Positions 42,150 through 54,772 of a DNA stretch of 64,000 bases are shown piece after piece; within the stretch, counting starts at the first letter, position 1, and each line of letters begins with the position of its first letter. The position numbers and the translations under genes are program-made. The notes below the pieces were generated by a model. That model searched no databases and had not been told where the DNA came from. It worked only from the letters and a program-made list of their open reading frames with translations. Source of the stretch: Octopus sinensis (lineage: Eukaryota); NCBI RefSeq assembly GCF_006345805.1, contig NC_042998.1, positions 102,424,001 through 102,488,000 on the forward strand, written 5' to 3'.

Positions 42150-44060
42150 GTTGCATTGCATGATGATATTTTGTTAATATCTGACAACTATATCTGGCCT
42201 GTTGGCCTTCATTTCTCTATCTGTGTGTATTGGCATATCCCAGAGTATGGTTGCTTTCTCGTTTTCTGTGACCTTTTCTGGTGTGTGCCTATACTATCTA
42301 TTTTCTGTTGTTATTCCATAATGTTGGCATAGCTTCCAGTGTATGTAGGTCCCAACTCTATCGTGTCTGTGAATATATTCCTTCTTAGCCAGGACTGGGC
42401 AGCCAGAGATAATATGATTTATTGTTTCTTGTCCATCTCCACATATTCTACAGTTACTTTTTATATTTCTTTTCATTACATGTTTTTGGTAATTTCTGGT
42501 GCGGAGGCTTTGGTCTTGTGCTGCAATTAAAAATCCCCCTGCCTCTGCTTTGAGTCCTGAGCTTCCCAACGACTGCTGGGATTTTTTTGTCTATTTCTTT
42601 TGCATTTAGTTTAGTCTAGTACTTGCCATAAAGGAGCTTTTCTTGCCATCGTTTTATCATGGTCCGTTGCTGTTCTAGTTTTAGTTTGGTTTTCATTTGC
42701 TTTATAGCTTTTGTTGTGTTTTCTTCTTCTTCTTCTTCTTCTTCTTCTTCTTCTTCTTCTTCTTCTTTATTTGTTAGGTGGTATGATTTCTTGTTTGTAT
42801 TTGTCAGCTTCCTTAAATACTGAGAACAATCTTTTGTTTTGCTCGTGTTTTGCCGCTATTTGTATCAGTTTTCCCAGGCACTGCAGTCCTATGGTGGTTA
42901 TTTTATAGTAGTTTTCCAGCTTCATAAGGCCTCTACAACCTTCTATACGTTGTATATATAGCATTTTTACGTCAGATTTTTGGTGATGAATCCTACATCC
43001 TGTCATTATTTTTCTTGTTTTTCTATCTATTTTGATTAGTTCATTTAGCGTCCAGTTAAGGATATTGTAGCTGTAACATATAACTGGTACGGTTAAAGTG
43101 TTAATACCTATTATATTGTTTTTAACATTGAGCTCTGTTTTTAGTATTGATCTAACTCGTCTATAGTATTCTTTCTTTACTTTCTCTTTCATTTGTGTGT
43201 GTTGTGTCTTATCTAGTTCATGGATTCCTAACTATTTGTAAGTTTGGCTCTGGTCTAATTCTCTTATTTCATTGGCTTTTTCTAGTGTGATGTTGCTACT
43301 CTTAACTAGTTTTCCCCTTTTCATGGTTACTTTGGCGCATTTTACTAATCCAAATTTCATATCTATTTCTTTGGTGAATCCATGATCTGCCTTTAGTAGT
43401 GTTTCCAGCTGTTTGTCATTTGTAGTGTATATTTTAGGTCATCCATATATAAAAGGTGGCTGATCGTTTTGCCGTAACATTTATATCTGCATCCAGTTCT
43501 ATTTAGCATATCAGATGGAAGTAACAGTGCCAAGCAGAAAAGGAGTAGAGAGAGCGTGTCTCCATGGAATATTCCTTATCTAATGGGGATGGCTTTGGTT
43601 TTCATGAGTCCCTCTTTTGTTTGGAGCTGTAGCACCGTGTACCATTTATTCATAGAGTGTCCTATATATTTTATAATTGTTGGTGCTACTTTGTTAATGG
43701 CTAGTGTTTCGAGGATCCATGTGTGGGGGATGCTAGCAAACGCCTTTCTGTAGTCGATCCAGGCCATACTGAGGTCTTTCTTCTTTCTGTGGCTGTCTTC
43801 AGTTATGGCTTTATTGATCATTAGTTGATCTTTACAGCCATATGAGCATTTGCGGCATCCTTTCTGCTCTTCTGAAAACAGGTTGTTTTCGTCCAGGTGC
43901 TTGTTTAATATTTGTGATATTACTGCAGTGAATGCTTTGTACATTGTAGGGTGACAGGTTATTGGTCTGTAGTTTTCTGGTTTTGCTGTCTTATTTGATT
44001 TGGGAATTAAGATGGTTTTCCCCTTCGTGAGCCATTCACGCATTGTCTCTGGTTCTTATG
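42150..44060 (-). mobile_element. R4/Dong-type LINE fragment (RT to CCHC/REL)
   Basis: WLTKGKTILIPK...NYRPITC...EEQKGCR...KDQLMINK...MAWIDYRKAF..PHTW; YMDD remnant; IAAQDQSLRT...CRICG..ETINHIISGCPVLAKKEYIHRHD; interrupted by (TTC)n. Confidence 0.9.
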
Positions 44061-44205
44061 AGCCATTCAGGCGTTGTCTCTTCTTTTTTTTCTTCTTCTT
44101 CTTCTTCTTCTTCTTCTTCTTCTTCTTCTTCTTCTTCTGTCCTTCTCCTCTTCTTCTTCTTCTGTTCTTCTTCTTCTTCTTCTTCTTCTTCTTCTTCTTC
44201 TTCTT

Positions 44206-44275
<70 letters not shown>

Positions 44276-44289
44276 TTATTATTATTATT

Positions 44290-45690
44290 ATGCGCACATG
44301 GCCCGTCGTGGAGTTGCCGGGTAATGGAGTTCGGATCTCACGGAATGAATCCACTCAGCAGTCTGGTTGTGCGAAACTTCTTGCCACACTCCCATCTGGG
44401 GGATTGTGATATGTATGCAATAACATCTTCCCACACCATCCGTGGAGTTTTGATATTTATGCAATGACATCGGCTGTTGTTATGCCGACATGGTCCTGTC
44501 GTGAGCCTCCGCTTGACGGAGTTCGTATCTCACGGAATCAATCCACACAGCACCGTGGTTCTGCGAAACGTCTTGCCCCTCCTCCATATGGGAGACCCCC
44601 ACGACGGGACCGTGTGCACATAACAACGGAAGATGTCATTGCACAAATATCAAAACTGCCAAACTGGAAAGCGTCAGAACCAGACGAAATTTAATGCTAC
44701 TGGCTCAAGTGTTTTAGATCAATATACAAGTGAATTGCGTTGCAATTAGACAATTGCCTACAGAGTAGTACAGTTCCGTAGTGGATGGTAGAGGGAAGAA
44801 CAACATTGTTAATGAAAGACGGATCAAAGGGCAATGCTAGTTCTATATAAAGTATTAACAGCTACCCTCGAAGGGAAAATATATGCGTTCCTTGCAGAAA
44901 ACAAACTTCTGCTAGTAGAACAAAAGGGATGCCAAAAATGATCCAAGGGCACTGAGTACTACCTTGTGATAGACAAGGTTATAATGAAGAACTGTAAACG
45001 GCACAAAACAAAATTATACATGGCCTGGATAGAATTCAAAAAGGTTTACGATATGTTGCCGCATTCATGGATCTGGGAAACACTTGATATATGTTGAATA
45101 GCTGAGAACTTGAGTGCACTGATTAAGAACAACATGCCTAGATGGAAAACGCATCTTTCCTGTAACAACCAGCACGTAGCAAAGGTAGCAATCAAAAGAG
45201 ATATCTTCTAAGGAGACTCTTGTTCACCTCTGTTATCCGTTAAAGCTTTGGTCCCACTTTCTGTAGTCCTACGTAAAATCAACGTGCACTATGAGGTGAG
45301 AATGAACATTCAGTCAGCCCACGTCCACCCTTACCTCTTTTCATCTAGAGCCTGTGTCCATTTGCCTTAGGGTGGAGGGCACCATGAATTGTCGTGTCAG
45401 GCAAATAAAACTGATATTGATGTGAAAGATACAAGCAATAAAAACTGTATTTTGATTGTCATCAGCATACTCTCTAACCATAATATCTCGGCAAAAGAAT
45501 ATGATAAGCTCAGAAAATATAATGATCAGCTATTCGAAATATAAAGACGTGGCATCTCAAGAGGGTTACAATACCATTGATTGCAGAAGCGCTTGGAATG
45601 ATAAAAAACGGACAAAAATTATTTAAGAATTGTTCCCTGGCTTACCATCCATACGGGAAGAGCACAATTGTATGCCACACGTATCTCTTA
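44290..45690 (+). mobile_element. R4/Dong-type LINE remnants (RT N-half, then REL piece)
   Basis: ISKLPNWKASEPDEI, EGRTTLLMKD, EQKGC, MAWIEFKKVYDMLPHSWI, GDSCSPL; REL-like remnant at 45400-45690. Confidence 0.75.
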
Positions 45691-46901
45691 TTATAAAAGG
45701 CAGATTTTATCTGCCTCCCTTTGTCTCTTATAGAAATCTACAATATAGGATTTCTTCAATAATATTTACCTAGCATTTTTAAGAGTAGAATACATCGGGT
45801 GGTGCCAGAAACAGTTTTTCAAATGTCAACCCCAATTAAGCAAAAGTTCGAGAAAACTCACATTGTGGTGTGTAAGTGAAGTGCTTTTCTTAGTGTGTGC
45901 AACAGCACACACACACACACACACAAACGGAGCGAAATGCTTCACTCTTGCTATCACCCTAATTTCTCCTACTTTCTCTTTGCAAGTGTACCTTACAACA
46001 CTACTAAAAAAAAAACAGCAAACAGAAACAAATAAATACATAACGATTTACTACTCACACAATTTCTTCAATTACAGTTTACCTATGATTTTTACAAGTA
46101 CTTCCATTCGGTCATGCCATACAAAATTTCTTTCAATTTCACCCCCAATTAAGACAAAATTCAAGAAAACTCAATATTTTCACATTTCACTCTTTCACTT
46201 TGAAGCATTTACTCTGCCTATTACTCCCACTTCCTCTTTAGACACATAGGCACGCTAATATATACGACAGTGTCAAATGTTGACAGACATTGTAAGCTAA
46301 CGTGTGTGTGTGTGTGCGTGTGTGTCTGTGCGCGCGCGTGTGTGTATATGTGTGTGTGTGCATGTGTGTGTGTGTGTGTGTGACAGGGGTGAGCCATTCA
46401 GACTGGTCATCCATTTTGGCTAGAAGAAGATCCCTTATGCTCTTATATGCTACACCATTGGTTTTCAGTTCAAGAAGGACTATTCATTATAATACATCAG
46501 TTCCACACATTTACCCTGGTTCCATTTCGGACAACTGCACAAACATTTGCCATTTCACACATGTATGTAAACAAATTCCTTTCTTAAAAATTTCAATTCA
46601 TTTTCTTTTTCAATTTACGTTTCTATACACTTTACGCAAATATTTGATTAAACAACTAAAACACTTCACATTTCGAACATGTACGTAAACTACTTCCTTT
46701 CTTGCAAATCTAACTTTCTTTTCTAGCTTTTCACTCAAATTTCTATACATTTTACACACTCTGTCGCTATACTTGCATAAAAAAATTTTTTCAGCTGCTA
46801 ATATTTATTTATTTTCCTTCCACGGTTTACATTTTTCCACATTTCATTCACATTACAATTTCTATCTTTAAGTAACTTTCACCCTTTCTTTTTCACATAA
46901 A

Positions 46902-47477
46902 ATGCCACCGAAAAAGAGAAGTCGCCTCGGCCGCCATACTGCAGCAGCAGCGGCGAAAAAGGCGAAGCGCAGCGCCATAAACGCTTCTGCTGTTGCTGCA
47001 CAAAGGTCTTCAGAGGACCCACAACAAAGGGCCACCCGACAGGCTACAAACGCTGCGGCTACTGCTGCTTCAACATTTTCGACACATTCCCACAACTCAG
47101 ACCAGCAACGTTCTACATTCCAGCGGAACAGTCGACGCCGCGGTCTGACGAGTCCAAACACACCTTACTGGCATCTACGTGGTTTCAAGTATGAGCCCAA
47201 CTTCAATTACTCGATGCACGCTGACATAAATATTGGGGAAATGTGCTTCAATTGCCAATTCCGCAATGCTAAAAAGTGGGCTGGGGAACCACCTGCAATG
47301 TGCTGCTTAAACGGTAAGGTCAGCTTGCCCCCTCTTCGGGAGCTGCCAGACCCTTTGAAGGAATTACTTACTGGTTCCACCTCAAGGTCATCAAAATTCC
47401 TTCAACTCATCAGGAAATACAATTGGGCATTTCAGATGACTTCTTTCGGGGCTAACGTTGTCAGAGAAACTGGTTGA
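46902..47477 (+). pseudogene. Helitron RepHel N-terminal part (Zn-finger)
   Basis: CFNCQFRNAKKWAGEPPAMCCLNGKVSLP...YNWAFQMTSFGA; in frame with the next ORF across a single TGA. Confidence 0.9.
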
Positions 47478-48827
47478 ATGCCTACTTTCAAGGTCCAGGG
47501 CCAGGTGTACCACCTTATTGGGTCACTCCAGCCACTACAAAATTGCAAACCTTCGTTCCTTCAAATTTATTTCATTACAAATTACAATAGGCAACTTGGT
47601 TTGCGTTTCGACGTAATTCCACAACCTGCAAACATTGACGCTGACAATTTCGACAGGGACGTGCTGCTCACTCTGCAAAACATGCTTCATGACCACAACA
47701 GCTATATTCGCAGTTTCAAATACGCCTTGGAAACAGCCCCTTCACCAACATTCACCATTGTCATCGATGCTGACAAAAGGCCTTCTGGGGAGCACGCGCG
47801 GCGATATAACGCTCCTTCGTGCAATGACGTGGCCATAGTTCTCCATGGTGAACAGCACAAGCAGCGGGACATAGTTCTTCAAAGCCGCGACAGTGGTCTT
47901 CAGCGTATTAATGAGACGCATCGGTCATATGACGCGCTGCAGTATGCCCTTCTTTTTCCGTATGGAGAAGACGGGTACCATTTCAGCATTCCTCACCACA
48001 AACCAAACGAGCCCTCGGCTGCGACATCTAAAACTGTTTCATGTATGGCTTTTTACTCATACCGCTTCATGACAAGGCATAATGATTTCAACCCCCTGCA
48101 CAGATCACGGGAACTGTTTCACCAGTTTGCAGTTGACATGGCTGCAAAGATGGAGTCCGAGAGACTGGGCTTAATCAAATTGAATCAAAAGCAGCTGCGC
48201 TCAGACTCCTACATCCATTTGCGTGATGGCAATATCGGAAAAATGTGCATTCACCCCTCAACCTATACAGGGGGCCCACGGTACATGCACGAGCGAACAC
48301 AAGACGCTATGACTTACGTTCGGCATTATGGGCGACCCGATTTATTCATTACCTTTACATGTAACCCAAAGTGGGTTGAGGTAACGCGAGAACTTCTCCC
48401 AGGGCAGCAGTACTGTCATCGCCATGATATTATTGCAAGAGTTTTCAGGCAGAAACTGGCTAAGCTCATTCTTTTAATAAAAAAAGGTCAGGTTTTTGGG
48501 CCTGTTAACTGTCACATGTATACTGTTGAGTGGCAGAAAAGAGGGTTGCCACACGCGCACATTTTGCTTTGGTTGGTCAACAAAATAGACTCAGCAGTTC
48601 TTGATGATCTCATTGCAGCAGAATTTCCGGACCCAACTGTTGACCGGCAGCTGTACGACATTGTGAAGGCACACATAGTACACGGTCCGTGCGGTCCTGG
48701 TTTTCAAAAGTTCTCCTCATGCCACAAAGACCACGTGTGCACTAAACGGTACCCAAAGAGGTTCACGGCTTTCTATACACTTACAAATACATTCATTCGC
48801 CGTAAACTTATATCAATATCTGCCTGA
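47478..48827 (+). pseudogene. Helitron Rep domain, truncated before the PIF1 helicase
   Basis: MPTFKVQGQVYH, YDALQYALLFPYGEDG, GPRYM..QDAM..VRHYGRPDLFITFTCNPKW, VEWQKRGLPHAHILLW, HGPCG, CTKRYPK; homology ends near 48765. Confidence 0.92.
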
Positions 48828-49240
48828 ATAATCATCATAATTCAGTGCAATCATTAACAGTACTTTCAAACAATTCAGCCCCGAGCAACGCCGGGCAATT
48901 CTGCTAGTTGAGAATAAAATTGTCGCTGTAAATATTATTTCCTTTTCCACCACTTTATTTTATTTGTTTACTTTTCTTTTTTTTTAAAAAATCTTTCTTC
49001 TTTTTGTCATCCTCTTTTTCTATATCATGTGACTGTGTAAATGAACAATCTGGTGTGTTTGTTTTAATAACCTAACAATGGATACAGTACGTTTCTCCCC
49101 TAAGGTGTCAAGAAAACACTCGACGAGAAATTGAAAGACATTCGAAAGAAGACGCTAATGAGAATAATAATAATAATAATAAAAACTAATAATAATAATA
49201 TAATAATAATAATAATAATAAATAATAATAATAATAATAA

Positions 49241-49269
<29 letters not shown>

Positions 49270-49271
<2 letters not shown>

Positions 49272-49719
49272 GCTCTGATGAGGTACCAGGCAGTGGCTCT
49301 CATGGTTTCTGATCTTAACTGATTGGAAGTGTTATCATGTACATTGTTTTGTCGTTGCATAACAGGTGGGCTACAGCAAATATTCTGCTCAGTACAACAC
49401 AGATTTGCTTGTCGGTTGTTTGACCTTAACCAGTTGAGCATGTCCCTTAGTGGCTGACTATATGTGCATCTCTGATCACGAGCAGAAGTATTGGGGAAGC
49501 ATCATAGCCATGTGTTGAGAGGGATTCTTTGGGGATTGAATAATTCACCTCTGGGAACATGGGTGTTTCGTTCAACATCCTTAAACAACCCTTATTCAGA
49601 GACCATTTGAGCAGGATTGGCTAGTGTACCCTTATCAGACGGGTAGTATTGATGGGTATACTGGGTTTCGTATATTTTACCCCAGTGTCATTTTGATGGC
49701 ATGCACTGCTCTCGCACTC
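49270..49719 (+). mobile_element. 556-bp element in (TAA)n, copy with ~106-bp internal deletion
   Basis: Both termini intact; sequence jumps at about 49620 from ...gggct to gtgtacccttatc. Confidence 0.9.
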
Positions 49720-49869
49720 AATAATAATAGTACTAATAATAATAGTAATAATAATAATATAATAATAATAATAATAATAATAATATAATAATAATAATAA
49801 TAATAATAAAAATAAGAAGAAGATGAAGAAGAAGACGGAGGAGGAGGAGGAGAAGAAGAAGAAGAAAAA

Positions 49870-49904
<35 letters not shown>

Positions 49905-52054
49905 AGAAGAAGAAGAAGAAGAAGAAGAAGAAGAAGAGAAGAAGAAGAAGAAGAAGAAGAAGAAGAAGATGAAGAAGAAGAAGAAGAAGAAGAAGAAGAA
50001 GAAGAAGAAGAAGAAGAGCTTTTACGTGCAAGCACGTGCTACCCTAACTACACATAAACGACCAAAAGTCGTTGAGAGCAATAACACAATCGCAGATGTA
50101 GATCATGGCACCTGGATCACAGAATGAGTCAGCTTTATGAAAATGAACTTCAACGAAGGTAGAACGAATCCAATTGATCTGAGGTAGAAGCATCAGCACA
50201 AGAATAGACTCTGCCCCCAGAGACTCTAGAGATGAAGTCAGAAGGATTTTATTACTGGAAAGTTTTATTCAAAGAATTTCTGTAGATAGACCGAGCGAGT
50301 TTCTACCTGTCACGCCTTAAGTTCAGACGCTGCCTGCCGGCGCGAAAATTTTGCGCTTGCGTAGGAAGGTTGGTGGCATCTCCCACCCTAATGATTTTGT
50401 ACACGCCGACAATATATTAAGTAGGATACATTTTGAACGCACAAAGCACATACATACATGTACATATACACATGTAGCGTATGCATGTGTATGCACAATA
50501 ATATAGCGTCCGGTGGGCTGTATAACTTTTTCTAGTAGAAAATGCTATATGAGCGTCGGCGTAGAAGAAACATCAAGTGGAACTGGTAGATTACTATATA
50601 TCGTATTGGTTCTTTGCCAACTTTTTTATAAATGTGAACAAGGACAGTAGCAGTATATAATTTTTAATGCGGGCATGAATCATTAGAAAATGTGAATATC
50701 GCGAAGAAATAGTTTTACCGTTATTTTCCGAGATCATTTTGATTGCTTTTATAAGCATTGTGAGGAAATACAACCTGCTTATGAGCTTTACTAAAAGAGA
50801 TCGATTATTAGCTATGTGTGAATGACATCAAATTATACACCAAAATGAATAAAAACCTTAATCTTCTTCAATCATTAATGTCATTAAGTAAGGATATTTT
50901 GTGGTATTTCGGGTGTATTTGTGTGTATATATTGATTATGAAGAGTAAGGATAAATAAGGTGATGTCATTTGATCATTGAAAAAAATTAGTTATCCAAGT
51001 ACCAAAGTTTATTGCAGAATTATAGAAATAATGGAAAGAGAAACGAAACAAAACATTCAAAAACTTGAATAGGATAATTAGGAAGATGCCCGAGAGAAAA
51101 TCTACTGGGACTATGATGATTAACACAATCTATTTATAGGCCAAGCTAGTCTTGAAATACTATGTTGTAAAATGCAGGAGAAACTTATAAATAATTGCGA
51201 ATACTGGAAAACTACAGAATCGAAAGTATAGAAATGTAGAGACGTCTTACTAAAGAATATTCTTACAAAATGAAAAAAATAGTGACATTCAAATAAAAGT
51301 GAGCAGATTATTCATAATAAAATTTGGAGGAGAAATAATTTAAAGAAGGGATTCACCAAAAAACCTCGGAAGAAAAGCAAAGAAGTAACTCACAGTCCAC
51401 AGAAGCCTGTATCACCAATCTGATAACGACCATTAATACTGGATAAGTGCAGATGGAGAACAACGATTAGTAATCATCGAAGACGTAATAGCATTAAGGG
51501 CGAAATCTAATTTCCTATAAACACCCCTACCCATCTCACCTTCGTTATATTGATGACAATTAATAGAAAATACATTTTCTTTTCAAGGTTTATAGACATC
51601 TAAACGAAAAAGCTTTATCGCTTTAGGCTTTTCACTATATCATTTGAAGTTCATGAGGGTGCTGTCTAGTCAATATCACATTAAGTATTATACTGCGTTA
51701 TTAATTTATATTTATAGTATCATTCTACTTTGACTGGGAAGTTTAACTTTTGAAACAAAACGATCAGTATGAATTGACTTGTTTTTTTTCCTTCTTATAT
51801 TCACAGTATTCTATCAACTATCCTAAATAAATGAAGAAAGAAAATGAAGAATAAAAAGCAGAAGGGAAATAAATAAAGAAACACAAATACAGAAATTAAA
51901 AGCTAGGAACTAATTACTTCCATACTTTTATGTCAGCTGTAGCATATTTTGCGAATATAATTTTCTTGTTTTATATAAATTTTTACTCTGACTCAATACC
52001 TACGGTCTTCTATTGCTATTTCGATTGTGTAATTAATAAATGAAGTCACATAAC

Positions 52055-52140
52055 CTAGTGGCTAAACTGCCACATTTTCAATCGTTAGATCGTGGTTTCG
52101 ATTCCAAGACGGTCAACGCGTTGTGTTCTTGATCAAAACA
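52055..52140 (+). mobile_element. tRNA-derived SINE head
   Basis: cctagtggctaa...ggtttcgattcc...gcgttgtgttcttgatcaaaacattt. Confidence 0.55.
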
Positions 52141-52149
52141 TTTCAGGAA

Positions 52150-53340
52150 TTACAACCATGTTTCGTGGTCTGCTACCACAACAGCTCCTTTATAGGATCC
52201 AGTTAGCTCAAGACATCATCAGGAGGAACCACGTCCGGTTTCGGCCCCTACTCCTCTACCGTTTTGACATGGCACCCCCCCTCACGGAGGTGTCTTCAGC
52301 TCTGGTGTTGGGTGCATGTCTTCTTACTTCTTTCTTCTGTTCCCTGCCAGGTGATAATATTCGACATTCCATCCCTGTTCTCTGCATTCTTCTATTAGCT
52401 TTTCATACCTCTTCTCCTTGAGTGCTGCGCTTATGACGCCGAGGAGTTGATTATGCCGCCATGTATATCCTTCAAGTGCTAGTCTGCAACTTGACAGAAC
52501 ATGTCTAACCGTCGCTTTCTCTCCGCATCTACACTCATCGGTTTTTTTATGTTCCACCGGACTAAGTTCGCCGGTGAGGTTAGAACGTCGAAGGTAGACT
52601 TGATCAGGAAGGATGTTCTTGCTTGTTCCTAAGCCAAAAGTTCCTTCCATGATATTCTGCAGTTGATCACCTATTCCTCCCATCTCAGGCACTGTCCCTG
52701 TTGACTGCATTGCACCAAATGTACATTTCGCCTTTCTTCTTCCTCCTTTCTCACTTCGTATACCACTGCCTCTTTCATCTCTTTTACACTGCTCTTGCAA
52801 AATGGCCTGAAATTTTGCGACCCTAGGCCGGTTCTAGCTGCTTCCGACTATATTTGCATGCTTTAGTTTTCCGATCGCCCTGTTTACTGCCTCTTCCGCC
52901 TTCCATTTCCTCCCTGTTCGTACCTTTGGAGGGTTTTCCCGGATGCTCTGATCTTTTGAATACCATAGCATCATTACTGTCCTTGCCTTTCCTGCCTTAT
53001 ATTCCTCGGCGATTGATATTATTGGTAGTTGCAGCATGGATTTTCCATATAGTGCAGTTGTCTTCAGTGGTTTCGGCAGACCAGGCCATTTTCTGATAAA
53101 CACACTGCATCTTTGCTCCATCCTTTCCACTCTACTCGAGGTTATTTCGTACATTTACAATGGCCACATTATTCTTGGGTACAACCCAAATTACTGTATC
53201 CAACATTTGAATTTTCCCGGCAGCGTTGTTCTGGCAATTGCCTTTAATTGCGCTAGCTGCTCTTTTTGACAGTAGTTGGTCAGAAAGGCAGGCCTGCTCA
53301 CCTACCCAGCGGGATGCTGTCATTCGAAGGCTAAAACGAT
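52150..53340 (-). mobile_element. HERO-like (R2-group, REL) LINE remnant
   Basis: YEITSSRVERMEQRCSVFIRKWPGLP...ALYG...LQLP..SIAEEYK...VRTGRKWKAEEAV; CRCGEKATVRHVLSSC..AL..YTWRHNQLL; KEKRYEKLIEEC..GW; clade assigned from motif recall. Confidence 0.75.
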
Positions 53341-54590
53341 GCAAATGTAATAACATTTGATCGTCTGGTCGGTCACCTGATCACGTGATTTAATATATAA
53401 CTTCATAGTTAATCGGAGTATTCTCAACTTTACCAATTCATCGGTTTCCATTCAGAAAATTAATGCTCTTACCTGTATGATTTTGTTAGCAAGATCTAAA
53501 ATTAGAGCTATTGCTCGCGTTCTCCGTTTCCCCACCGACGACTCTGTAAGTAACTGATGCGATATGCATTCTGTTTATACGCTTACAAGTCTGGGTAAGA
53601 ATACATGAGTATATGCGTGCCATGTGGGTATGGAAATATCCAGACTGCTCAAAGAAGGCTATCGGACTGAGATGAGATTAAAAGGAAGAAAGAATTATGG
53701 GAAGCTAAATGAATTATTTCATTAAATTCAATTCCATTACCTTTTCATTTCGAATCCTACTAGAATTGATCTTACCCTAGAATAGTCAACTATTTCATTT
53801 CTTTGAACTTATTTTCTGAAATATAATTACCACATCAGGAAAAGTAATATTAATAACTTATTTTCTCATTATTAATATCAACACTCTGGAATGTATAATA
53901 GTTGGATTTCAAAACAAATGCACTGAAGTCTAAGCACACCTCCCAATCCTAACACAGCTAACCCAATAATGTACCGTTAATACAACGCACTGTTATTTTT
54001 CCGTATTGATTTAACATTAACTCTGATAGTTAATGCGCGAGACGTAAAGATTTTTATTACTTTGATTTCTTTACATTCCGTGTTCTAAACTGACCTTGTA
54101 ACAGTATGATTGAAGAGAAATTTCAATCAAATTACTGATTTGCCTATTTATATCTAACTATTCACAGCAAATTTTGTAAATTATCTATACTCCCGAGGCA
54201 GTTATATGGTAGGTGCTTAGTTACGTCATTTTCCATTATTAATTCAAATCCTTTCTTTCACCTCTTGGATAACAAAAATATAAGAACGGTATCCGTGATT
54301 AGATTGATTATACACATTGCTCCAAAATGCTTGATCATGTCTCAATGTTCTACATCAACACTGATTACGGCAATATTAGAGAATCACCGTACAAATTCAT
54401 CTAGAACATATTCCAAGTATTTAGTAATCAGGACATGTATTATCAACTGAATAGAAGACTAATATTGAATAGAATTATAAAAACAAACCTGCATTTTGAA
54501 TTCATCAAATATCTTGTTAAAATATTATCTCTCCATACCCCTTTCTCTCTCTCCCTCTTATCTCTCTCTCTCTCTATATATATATATAAA

Positions 54591-54664
<74 letters not shown>

Positions 54665-54738
54665 CGCACGCTTATACTCTCACACACACATAAATATATA
54701 CATAGAAACACACACATGCACAAACACATACGCACACG

Positions 54739-54772
<34 letters not shown>

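Larger units (their letters stand above)
45737..48907 (+). mobile_element. Helitron, internally deleted (non-autonomous)
   Basis: 3' end: hairpin cccgagcaacgccggg (48880-48895), CTAG (48904-48907), then T. The 5' end A|TC at 45737 is plausible but less certain. Rep-encoding ORFs lie inside. Confidence 0.85.
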
